DNA of 38,072 bases from UHGV virus genome UHGV-0213309; one strand, 5' to 3'. This stretch comes from a virus. Of the stretch, positions 15,415-23,610 are shown piece after piece (within the stretch, counting starts at the first letter, position 1; each line of letters opens with the position of its first letter). The notes beneath the pieces were generated by a model. It searched no databases, was not told where the DNA came from, and was given only the letters and a program-made list of their open reading frames with translations. Position numbers and translations under genes: made by a program.

Positions 15415-17561
15415 AACGAAAAGCGATTGAGTGCGTTGCACCGAAGAAACCGGCAGGAAAAGGACTCACAGCCACGCTACAGGAGTTGAAGAAAATCCTG
15501 ATTCTAAATATCTATCAGGCGAAGGAACTGCTGGTGCGGTACTGTATCAACTATGAGACAGGGGAACATGAGTACTGGAAAGAGCAGCATGGTTGGAGAA
15601 AAGGCGGTATCCTGAATGCACTGAACAAGGACTGGCGAGATTGGGAATGGAGAACATATGACGATTATCCGAAATTGCAGGAGAAAGACGCAAACAGGAT
15701 CAAAGAATTGATTAAACACAGAGCGTGGAACAACAGCCCGTGGGAGAGAATCAACGGATTGGAACATAGCTATAACAGCGAGATTAGGGAAAGATGTGAA
15801 ACAAACCGGAAAATGAAACTCATGAACCTAATGAGAAAAGTTCCAGGTCGTCCGAAGAATTTGAGAGAATGGTTCTTTGAACAGGCAGCAGGAGAGGATT
15901 ACATGTTCCGGAACAGGGAAACGAAAGAATTTGTCTGTACGAACTGCGGAGAATCCAGCTGGCCGGAAGAAATCAAGCGACAGGACGGTGGGAAGAAGAT
16001 CCGGCACAATGATATGGTATTCTGCCCTTCCTGCAGAAAACTGGTGAGGGCAAAGACAAGAACAGACCATATCGAACAGAAATGGAAGAGCTGCTATCTC
16101 ATCCAGCCAGTAGACGAAGATACAAGCGTACTCCGGATCATAGAAGCAAAGGTCGGATGGGATAATGGAAGACATTATGTCGAGTTTGGAGATGAAATCA
16201 GAATCCTGCTGTACAAGGTCTACTCCAACAGAAAATTGAAGAAGACATACATGATCTATTATGAGGACTCCTGGGATGGATGGACAAAAGAAAACCGGAA
16301 AAACCTAAGAGCAAGAGAAGGATACTTGTATCCAGAAGAATTTGGCCAGATATTAGACGGAACCACTTACAGCGAAGCAACAAGAGTCCTGGAGCATTTA
16401 TCGAAGACGGGAATGGAACTGAACTACAACAGACTTGTGGCAGGGACAGGACAGATGAAAGGATATGCACAGAAGATCGAGTACCTGGCAAAAGGACGCT
16501 TTTGGAATCTGCTGAGAGATACGATCGGCTGTACAGACTATCCGGGATATCCGACACAATACTATGGACCACTGGACATGAGAGAGGAAAGCATTGAGGG
16601 AATGTTCAGAATCCAAGACCGTCAGAAGATCAACAGGATCCGTGACGAGCATGGCGGGAACAGAATGGTACGCTGGATGCAGTATTCGGACGAGACAGGG
16701 CAGAAAATCTCGAAAGAGACGGCGCAGTGGATGATAAAGAATGAGATAGAACCAAGTGGCATCCGGGGACTGGAAAAATATATGAGTCCACAGAAGATTA
16801 TGAACTACATCGAAAGGCAGAAAAAAGAACAATATGCAGGAATGACGGCAAAAGCTGTGCTTGAAGAATATAAAGATTATCTCAATATGTGCGAGGCATG
16901 CTGCAAAAATATGGCTGACGAGATGGTCTATCGTCCAAGAGAGTTAAAACGCAGACATGATGAAGTTGTTGTAGACCGGCAGCAGATACAGATCTTGAAA
17001 GAACTGGAAAACAATGCAGAGGGAAAAGAAGCCTATGCACAGGAAATGCGGCAGAAGTTTCCGGAAGCAGAAGAGATCCTGAAAGAGATTAAGAGCCGAT
17101 ATGAGTACGAAGACGAAGAGTATAAGATCATTGTACCGAACACGTTAGTGGATATCGTGAAAGAAGGACGTGCGCTGCATCATTGTGCCGGCAGCAGTGA
17201 ACGATATTTTGACAGGATCGAGAGCAGAGAGACATACATTTGTTTCCTGCGGAGACAGGAAGCACCGGGAATCCCATTCTACACGATTGAAGTAGAGCCA
17301 GGAGGCACAATCAGACAGCACAGAAGCTATTATGACGAAGAGCCGGGAATCGAGGAAATCCGGGTATTCCTGAAAAGCTGGCAGAAGGCAATCAGAAAAC
17401 GTCTGACAGAGGAAGATAAGAAGTTGGCCAAGATCAGCAAGATCAAGAGAGAAGCTAATATTGCAGAGCTGGAAGAGAAAAAGAATATAAGAGTCCTTCA
17501 GGGATTGGCGGAAGATTTCCTTGAAGCAGAAGAGATAGAAAAAGAACTGGAGGCGGTTTGA
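15411..17561 (+). CDS. PcfJ-like protein (large, 716 aa)
   Basis: RBS GGAGGTG then ATG. C-terminal conserved block EGRALHHCAGSSERYFDRIESRETYICFLRR...PFYTIEV resembles the PcfJ domain. Cys clusters CTNCGES...CPSCRK. Confidence 0.6.
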   Translation: MKRKAIECVAPKKPAGKGLTATLQELKKILILNIYQAKELLVRYCINYETGEHEYWKEQHGWRKGGILNALNKDWRDWEWRTYDDYPKLQEKDANRIKELIKHRAWNNSPWERINGLEHSYNSEIRERCETNRKMKLMNLMRKVPGRPKNLREWFFEQAAGEDYMFRNRETKEFVCTNCGESSWPEEIKRQDGGKKIRHNDMVFCPSCRKLVRAKTRTDHIEQKWKSCYLIQPVDEDTSVLRIIEAKVGWDNGRHYVEFGDEIRILLYKVYSNRKLKKTYMIYYEDSWDGWTKENRKNLRAREGYLYPEEFGQILDGTTYSEATRVLEHLSKTGMELNYNRLVAGTGQMKGYAQKIEYLAKGRFWNLLRDTIGCTDYPGYPTQYYGPLDMREESIEGMFRIQDRQKINRIRDEHGGNRMVRWMQYSDETGQKISKETAQWMIKNEIEPSGIRGLEKYMSPQKIMNYIERQKKEQYAGMTAKAVLEEYKDYLNMCEACCKNMADEMVYRPRELKRRHDEVVVDRQQIQILKELENNAEGKEAYAQEMRQKFPEAEEILKEIKSRYEYEDEEYKIIVPNTLVDIVKEGRALHHCAGSSERYFDRIESRETYICFLRRQEAPGIPFYTIEVEPGGTIRQHRSYYDEEPGIEEIRVFLKSWQKAIRKRLTEEDKKLAKISKIKREANIAELEEKKNIRVLQGLAEDFLEAEEIEKELEAV

Positions 17562-18901
17562 TGGAATTAGTACAGTACCAGGATTATGAGGAATACAAAA
17601 AGGCAATGAATACCGTCCTGAACAGAACAGTGGAAGATTTTGTTATGACAGGATATTTACTGAAACAGGGAAGAGATACAGATATCTTAAAGAATTCCGG
17701 ATACAACAATGTAAACGAATTCGCCTGGGCGGAATACAAGCTTGAAGCTACACAGGTATCAAGGTACATCAGAATCAATGACAGATTCTCAGAGGGTGGC
17801 TACTCTCCGAGACTGCAGGAAAATTATAAAGGATTCGGCTATGCGAAGCTAGCACTAATGCTGACGCTTCCGGAAAGCGTAGCAGAAGAACTGACACCGG
17901 CATACAGCAAGTCAGAGATCCAGGCAGTCAAAGAAGAGATTGAAAACGAGGAGAAGATCACAGATATCGAAGTCATTTTGGAAGGCGAGAAAGAAGAACA
18001 GAAAGAACTCGACAATCTGGAAAAGGCAATCCATCAGATCTGCATGGATGAACCGGAACTGTATCTGAAGCTGCATGAGGCAGTCAGAACAAGCGTAGAA
18101 ACAGGACGAATCAAAGAAGTGTTAGCACCGGACGGGGACAAGCTATACAGTGTAAGACCACAAGGCTGCGGAAGAATTATGCTCTATCTAAACGATGAGA
18201 AGGACGAGGTTATACTGCAGGTTGTAAGACAAGGACTGAAAGAAAAGTTTACCTGGGAGAATATTTTAAGCTATCTTGTCCTGATCACAGAACAGGAAGA
18301 CGCAAAACAGAACTGGGAGGAGCTCTACGGACAGAAGTATCCGGAAAAAGAACGGATTGCACCAGTGCAACCGAAGAAAGAGAAGAGAAAAGAGTCAAAG
18401 GTAGTGAAGGCGAAGCTGCCAAAACCAAAAAAACCGGAGAAACAGGAGACGGAGAAACCGGTAGAGCTTCCAAACGACATTCCAGGACAGACAGAGATCG
18501 AGAAAGATTTTCCGGAAATGCTTCCGGAAGCAGGGGAAACAACGGAAATACAGAGCGATTTTATCAGAGCGGGACAGCACAAAGAGGAAAATTGCACCAG
18601 TGCAATGCCGGAACCTGTGGAAATTGTGGAAAAACCTGTGGATAATTCAGAGCAGATGGAAGAAAATGCGAGAAACACAGAAGCGGGAGCCAATTCAGAA
18701 CCGGTGGATAAGTCCGAAGAAGAACAGAATCCGGCTGGCAGCAGATGGGAATACATGAAGACAATGGAATCATACAAGATGGCACTGTACATGGCAGCGT
18801 CCGTGAAAGAGATGCCTCACATGATGTTGAACTCGGCAGAGTATTGGAAGAAATGGTTAGAAGAAGAGGTGGATGAAAATGGAGAAGAACTCAGTAAATA
18901 A
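17561..18901 (+). CDS. Hypothetical protein with globular N-terminus, long Glu/Lys/Pro-rich low-complexity linker and conserved C-terminal domain
   Basis: RBS GGAGGCGGTTTG-ATG. EKEKRKESKVVKAKLPKPKKPEKQETEKPVE linker. C-terminal WEYMKTMESYKMALYMAASVKE block. Confidence 0.55.
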   Translation: MELVQYQDYEEYKKAMNTVLNRTVEDFVMTGYLLKQGRDTDILKNSGYNNVNEFAWAEYKLEATQVSRYIRINDRFSEGGYSPRLQENYKGFGYAKLALMLTLPESVAEELTPAYSKSEIQAVKEEIENEEKITDIEVILEGEKEEQKELDNLEKAIHQICMDEPELYLKLHEAVRTSVETGRIKEVLAPDGDKLYSVRPQGCGRIMLYLNDEKDEVILQVVRQGLKEKFTWENILSYLVLITEQEDAKQNWEELYGQKYPEKERIAPVQPKKEKRKESKVVKAKLPKPKKPEKQETEKPVELPNDIPGQTEIEKDFPEMLPEAGETTEIQSDFIRAGQHKEENCTSAMPEPVEIVEKPVDNSEQMEENARNTEAGANSEPVDKSEEEQNPAGSRWEYMKTMESYKMALYMAASVKEMPHMMLNSAEYWKKWLEEEVDENGEELSK

Positions 18902-19160
18902 CAAAATAATCCATAGCTTTCGAGAGGTGGACTTATCAGCGATAGCGATACCATCAATTGCAATTTATAAGCACCCGCGGGATATACCGGATAAATATGT
19001 TGCGAGAGTCTATGCTTGCAGCAGTCCGACGAACATTATCATGCTGGCAGATTCCGCAGAAGAGCTGAGAAAAGACATTGAAGGAGTATGCGAACCGTGC
19101 ATATGGTTTGATCGAATGCAAGGAGATCCGAAAAACTTAGTTGGGGTGTATATCTTATGA
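18873..19160 (+). CDS. Hypothetical protein
   Basis: RBS GAGGTGG-ATG. 95 aa. Confidence 0.45.
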   Translation: MKMEKNSVNNKIIHSFREVDLSAIAIPSIAIYKHPRDIPDKYVARVYACSSPTNIIMLADSAEELRKDIEGVCEPCIWFDRMQGDPKNLVGVYIL

Positions 19161-19522
19161 GCATCGATTATTCAGACATGGCATTTCCGAAATTAGCCTG
19201 CAAGAAAAAAAGGAAATCACATAAAAAGAGCATCCTCAAGAGTAGAAAGGGAGTCTGCTATCTCTGTTTGATACTCTATGACGATCCTTCCAAGAAGTAC
19301 ACAGAGGAACATCATATCATGTTCGGATCCGGACAGCGCGAACTATCTGAGGCAGATGGACTCAAGGTAGATCTGTGTCGGAATCATCACAAAGAAGGAC
19401 CGGAAGCGGTCCACAATAACCGAGAAATGCGGGAACTACTCTGCAGAATAGCACAGACAGAATATGAGCAGACACATACGAGAGAAGAGTGGATGGCGAG
19501 ATATAAGAAAAATTATTTATAG
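19157..19522 (+). CDS. HNH-like nuclease motif protein
   Basis: ATGA overlap with upstream gene. CYLC...EEHHIMFGSGQRE...DLCRNHH arrangement resembles an HNH/His-Me finger. Confidence 0.45.
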   Translation: MSIDYSDMAFPKLACKKKRKSHKKSILKSRKGVCYLCLILYDDPSKKYTEEHHIMFGSGQRELSEADGLKVDLCRNHHKEGPEAVHNNREMRELLCRIAQTEYEQTHTREEWMARYKKNYL

Positions 19523-19627
19523 TTACCTCCGCTGAATGGCGTGGAGATAAAAGTATGTCACAATACTGCAACATGATAACAAAGACTTCCTCCCTGGATG
19601 CGGCAGGGAGGAGAAAGGAGCAGACAA

Positions 19628-19804
19628 GTGCCAAAAAGACAGAAATCAACAGCTTGGAAAAGCGAATTAGCTGAGATAAATGCAAAAGCAAGACAGGAAG
19701 GAATGAGTTATGGACAGTATGTGGGATTAATGTACTGCGAAGAAAGAGATGAAATGGAAAGAAGGAGAAGATATGACAGAAAGAGACGCGAGAGATTTGG
19801 TTGA
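19628..19804 (+). CDS. Possible small basic protein (GTG start)
   Basis: RBS GGGAGGAGAAAGGAG then GTG. 58 aa, Arg-rich C-terminus. Overlaps the next gene start. Confidence 0.3.
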   Translation: MPKRQKSTAWKSELAEINAKARQEGMSYGQYVGLMYCEERDEMERRRRYDRKRRERFG

Positions 19805-20306
19805 TTGGCTGGATCAGGCAGAAGAGGAAACAAAAGCAACAATTGCAGAGCATGAAAGAATCGATCCTTTTTATGACGGAGTGCTTTCAACGGTCCAGAC
19901 GGTTCGAGAATATATCAAGAAAATGCGTAAGGTGGATGAAGCGGAAGGAGAGAAACAGATGAAAGAGATTATAACAGATAGCAAGTTTGAGTATATCGAA
20001 GAAATCGAGCCATTTTTCTGGTGGACAGGAAGCTTGAACGTAAAGCAGGCAATCACACACTTGACAAAGCGGTACGATGAAGAGGAAGCACACAATCTGT
20101 TGGATGAAAAGTTAGAATTTGTATCTGACTACATGAGAAATAATCATGGAGCTGTCGAGCAGTACGGAATCTACCTCATTCCGGAATTTATGCTTGGATA
20201 TGATGACATAGAGATTGTGGTTGTAGCGTCATCAGAAAACGAGAGGGCCACGGTGGTATTCTCGGATATTCCGGTAGTTAAGGGAGGTAGAAGAGATGAA
20301 GAATAA
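19773..20306 (+). CDS. Hypothetical acidic protein
   Basis: RBS AAGGAGAAGAT-ATG. Confidence 0.5.
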   Translation: MTERDARDLVDWLDQAEEETKATIAEHERIDPFYDGVLSTVQTVREYIKKMRKVDEAEGEKQMKEIITDSKFEYIEEIEPFFWWTGSLNVKQAITHLTKRYDEEEAHNLLDEKLEFVSDYMRNNHGAVEQYGIYLIPEFMLGYDDIEIVVVASSENERATVVFSDIPVVKGGRRDEE

Positions 20307-20682
20307 AGAGAGATTAACAACATACCACTGCGGTAAAGCGGTGATTAAGGACAAGAACAAGCTGTCAGAAGCTATGAAGAAGTTAGCGGAGTTTGAGGAA
20401 AAAGAAAAATGTGGAGAATGGCTTGATGCTATCGAACTTGCGAAAATTGCTATTGCACTCCAAAGTCAGAAGTGGATTCCAGCGAGTGAGAGACTTCCCG
20501 AAGATGAAAGCTATATACTGGTATCGTTTGAAAACTCCACAATGCCGGATATCGCGCGATATGAAGAAAATAACGAGGGCGGTACGTTCTATCCGGGAGA
20601 TGATGAAAAATCATATTCAAGCTATGGATTTTTTGTGGATGCCTGGATGCCACTACCAGAACCGTACAGAGAGGGAGAATGA
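20296..20682 (+). CDS. DUF551-like phage protein
   Basis: RBS GGGAGGT. C-terminal WIPASERLPEDE...YILV...GFFVDAWMPLPEPY typical of DUF551. Confidence 0.6.
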   Translation: MKNKERLTTYHCGKAVIKDKNKLSEAMKKLAEFEEKEKCGEWLDAIELAKIAIALQSQKWIPASERLPEDESYILVSFENSTMPDIARYEENNEGGTFYPGDDEKSYSSYGFFVDAWMPLPEPYREGE

Positions 20683-20685
20683 TAT

Positions 20686-21288
20686 ATGAATAGAGAAATA
20701 CTTTTCAGAGGGAAACATATTCACGGAATGGGAAGTAACAAACATCTTAATGGAACATGGGTACAGGGCTATCTTAGTGACGAGAATTATATCCACGATA
20801 AAAGCCTTGAGGGTGAATTCCTGGTTGATGAAAATACGATTTGCCGATATGCGAATTTGACTGATTTAAAAGGCGAGGAAATATGGGAAAACGACATTTT
20901 GATGTGTCATGGTAATCCGGATGATCTTGTAAAAGCAGTATTCGGAGAGTTTAACGTCATAGAAGTGGAAAGCGAAGAAGTAATAGACAGTGTAATTGGA
21001 TGGCATTATGAAGTGATTCCAACGGATGAATTAAGTAAATGCGAGCCGTTCTGTTATTCAATGCCACTTACGGACACGTATATCAAGTTAAATGAAATGG
21101 AAGTTGTCGGCAACGTATTTGACAACCCGGAACTGTTGGAAGAGGAGAATGTGCATGGAGCAGATCAAGGTAGGTGGAAAATGACAAGACAAGAGAAAGA
21201 GGATCAAGCACAGCTTGAGTGGCTGCGGAAATGGAAAGAACGATGGAAGGAAAAAAAGAGATGTGAGAAAAAAGTCACTGTTTTATAA
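20686..21288 (+). CDS. YopX-like protein
   Basis: RBS GGGAGAA. N-terminal ILFRGK...W..GYL pattern of the YopX family. Basic/coiled C-terminal tail. Confidence 0.6.
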   Translation: MNREILFRGKHIHGMGSNKHLNGTWVQGYLSDENYIHDKSLEGEFLVDENTICRYANLTDLKGEEIWENDILMCHGNPDDLVKAVFGEFNVIEVESEEVIDSVIGWHYEVIPTDELSKCEPFCYSMPLTDTYIKLNEMEVVGNVFDNPELLEEENVHGADQGRWKMTRQEKEDQAQLEWLRKWKERWKEKKRCEKKVTVL

Positions 21289-21434
21289 GATTCTAAGGAA
21301 ACTTGGAATTATAAAGGACTACGAGGAAGATATAAGAACAAGAATGGAGATGTGCGAAAGAGCAATAAAGGCAAATGTATGTCCTGAGGATTGCGACATT
21401 TGCGCATGGGACGTGAAAGGAGGGATTGATTACA

Positions 21435-21665
21435 ATGGTTATATTACGACCGGTAGGAACAATAGGAAACCGTCTGAAGTATCTAAGAAAAATCAGAGGA
21501 CTGACAAGAAAAGAGGCAGCAGTCAAGCTAGACATGAAGGAGGAAAGACTACAAGATCTTGAAACAGGAAGGAAAGGGCTGACGCTAGGAGAAGCAATCA
21601 AATATGCAGATACATATAATGTGTCCATAGATTATATAGCAGGGAGAAAGAAAGTTGAATATTGA
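21435..21665 (+). CDS. XRE-family HTH transcriptional regulator
   Basis: RBS AAAGGAGGG. IGNRLKYLRKIRGLTRKEAAVKLDMKEERLQDLETG HTH signature. Confidence 0.6.
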   Translation: MVILRPVGTIGNRLKYLRKIRGLTRKEAAVKLDMKEERLQDLETGRKGLTLGEAIKYADTYNVSIDYIAGRKKVEY

Positions 21666-21852
21666 AGATGCAATCAGAATCATTAAGGGGTTGGATACAT
21701 CCAACAGTGAAGAAAACATCGAAGCAAAGAAAATGGCGGTTAAAGCATTAGAGGAGCAGAGACAAAAGAAAATTGAAACATGGAACGGACAAGCATCATG
21801 CCCACGCTGCAAATTTTGTGGGCAGGCTCTTGATTGGAGTGATGAACAGTGA
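21655..21852 (+). CDS. Small protein with C-terminal CxxC..CxxC-like cluster
   Basis: 65 aa. ...SCPRCKFCGQALDW. Confidence 0.35.
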   Translation: MNIEDAIRIIKGLDTSNSEENIEAKKMAVKALEEQRQKKIETWNGQASCPRCKFCGQALDWSDEQ

Positions 21853-22190
21853 AAAGAAGTACAGACACACGCTGGAGTCCAGCAGAGATCCAGCAGAACC
21901 AAAAAGAACATTATACTGATATGGCAGAACATCCGCCGGATCGGAAGGCAAGCGAGAAGTTTCACCGGCCGGCATACCAAGCAGGCAATCTGATCGAAGC
22001 GCAGGGGCAGCAGTTGTGGCATGGAGATGTAGCAGAATACTTGGCGAGAAAGTACAAGATAGGAGATGATGCCAATGGAGAAGAGACTGGAAGAGAACAA
22101 TGTAAAAAACGAGAACGACAGGAAGAAAACCTATCTCAGGGCATACAGAAAACATGGGAAGAGAATCAAGAGGATCGAATCAGAGATTGA
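21849..22190 (+). CDS. Hypothetical ORF (only long open frame across 21853-22060; 3' part overlaps ArpU gene)
   Basis: GTG/ATG start coupled to upstream stop. Real extent uncertain. Confidence 0.25.
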   Translation: MKRSTDTRWSPAEIQQNQKEHYTDMAEHPPDRKASEKFHRPAYQAGNLIEAQGQQLWHGDVAEYLARKYKIGDDANGEETGREQCKKRERQEENLSQGIQKTWEENQEDRIRD

Positions 22191-22515
22191 AGAGATCAGG
22201 AACATGAAGATGTATCCATCATCGAATAATGATGGGATGCCACATGGATCCAATCAAAGCGATTTAAGTTCTTACGCGGCAGCTCTTCAGGAAAGAGAGG
22301 ACGAGCTGTATCAAGAGGGAGTAAAGCAGGTACAGACATACAAAGATATAGAATACAGAATCAATAAGCTGGAGAATCAAGACGAAAGAGATGTTATGTT
22401 CTACAAGTATATCAAAGGATTTACATGGTGGCAGATAGCACAGCTTATGGAGTACAGTGAGAGTTGGATCTACGAATTACACGGAAGAGCACTGAAAAAT
22501 ATTCAAATCAATTAA
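22075..22515 (+). CDS. ArpU-family late-gene transcriptional activator (sigma-70 region-4-like)
   Basis: RBS AGGAGA 9 nt before ATG. ~146 aa. YLRAYRKHGKRIKRIESEIEEIR then C-terminal HTH-like FTWWQIAQLMEYSESWIYELHGRALKNI. Sits immediately upstream of the packaging module. Confidence 0.65.
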   Translation: MEKRLEENNVKNENDRKKTYLRAYRKHGKRIKRIESEIEEIRNMKMYPSSNNDGMPHGSNQSDLSSYAAALQEREDELYQEGVKQVQTYKDIEYRINKLENQDERDVMFYKYIKGFTWWQIAQLMEYSESWIYELHGRALKNIQIN

Positions 22516-22648
22516 AGAGTGGAGTCCACTGGAGTTCTAACTGTGCTAATCTGATATTGTCGAAAGACGGACAGATACATACAAATTTCTTGAAAGAGAC
22601 ACTTGCAATCCTCTCGGCAGGTGTATTTTTGCATGAAGGAATGTAACT

Positions 22649-22981
22649 ATGACAGATAAAGAAGCAAAGAAATTTTACAACTCAACATTGTGAAAGCATA
22701 AGCGGATACGGATTCTTGAGAGAGATCACTATGAGTGCCAGGACTGCAGAAAGAGATTGGAGGATGCAGTGGCAGCGGGCCGCATCCTGCAAGGAGAAGA
22801 CAGAAAGATCAGAAGAGCTGAAGAGGTGCATCATATTGTTGAACTAAAAGAGCATCCGGAGCTAGGGTTGGAAGATGACAACCTGATCAGTCTGTGTGTG
22901 AAGTGTCACAATCTGCGACATGGAAGGACTCCAAGAAGATTCCAAAGAAAGAAGAAGCTTGCGAGCGAAGAAAGATGGTAG
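22649..22981 (+). pseudogene. HNH endonuclease (packaging-associated) interrupted by in-frame TGA at 22691-22693
   Basis: RBS GAAGGAA then ATG. MTDKEAKKFYNSTL-stop-KHKRIRILERDHYECQDC...HHIVELKEHPELG..DDNLISLCVKCHN. The stop sits where HNH proteins have a conserved Trp (TGG). The ATG-initiated open frame 22757..22981 lacks the first Cys pair. Confidence 0.6.
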
Positions 22982-23219
22982 CTACACTGAGGGCAGACAT
23001 AGCTTAGGAGGAGACAAGCGGACGGGGCAAGCCGTCGCATGTGAGGTTCGAGTCCGCAGCTGTCCTCAATTTTTAAATAGACCCCCCGGTAAATTCTCAG
23101 CGATTTTTCCTAAGTGAAGAACGGGGATGTAGCCATGACTCTGGAGAAAAATGAAAATCTCGCGTGAAAAAAGGTAAGGGTATCAGATTTTAAAATTTAC
23201 TTTAAGAAGAAATTTTTTA

Positions 23220-23247
23220 ACACGGGCATAAAAACCCGTGTTTTTTA
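23220..23247 (+). terminator. Rho-independent terminator ACACGGG-cataaaaa-CCCGTGT plus TTTTTT
   Basis: Perfect 7-bp stem and T6 tract, just upstream of terS. Confidence 0.75.
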
Positions 23248-23289
23248 GCAAAAAAAGTTACGAAAAAGGCATGATTTGAGCGAAAAGAG

Positions 23290-23610
23290 GTGAGCAAATC
23301 GACACAAAAAGACGTAAAAATGTCGCTGATTAGACAGCTGGAACTACGTGGAATGAGTGCAGAATTCTACATGGATCTAGTGAATGATTATATATATTAC
23401 TGGTCATTGAAAAAGAAACTAATAGCAGATATTAAGAGCAAAGGGTTGAGATACGAGACCGTGAACGGGAATGGAATGACGGTGGAAAAAGCGAACGAAA
23501 GCGTTGTCAATTTGCAGAAAACTACGGCCACTATGCTGAAGATCCTGGCAGATCTGAAGTTGAAAGAGCCGGTACCAGAGCCGGAGAATCCTACAGATGG
23601 TTATCTGTAA
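23290..23610 (+). CDS. Terminase small subunit (P27-family-like)
   Basis: Position immediately before terL with an overlapping stop/start. ~100 aa. Start uncertain (GTG 23290 or ATG 23320). Confidence 0.6.
   Translation: MSKSTQKDVKMSLIRQLELRGMSAEFYMDLVNDYIYYWSLKKKLIADIKSKGLRYETVNGNGMTVEKANESVVNLQKTTATMLKILADLKLKEPVPEPENPTDGYL

Noticed and set aside
21215-21562. 115-aa plus-strand ORF bridging YopX and the XRE regulator
   Set aside because: Overlaps the YopX 3' end by 73 nt and the well-supported HTH gene by ~130 nt in another frame. Its C-terminal half is Arg/Lys-rich junk-like. The 137-nt gap more likely carries the regulator promoter and RBS.
23030-23080. Possible tRNA gene suggested by GGTTCGAGTCC T-loop-like motif
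   Set aside because: Could not build a complementary 7-bp acceptor stem (3' strand GCTGTCC has no upstream partner). The only candidate anticodon stem has a 6-nt loop. The T-stem needs an A-G mismatch. Most likely a chance motif or a degenerate remnant, and a tRNA finder should be run.
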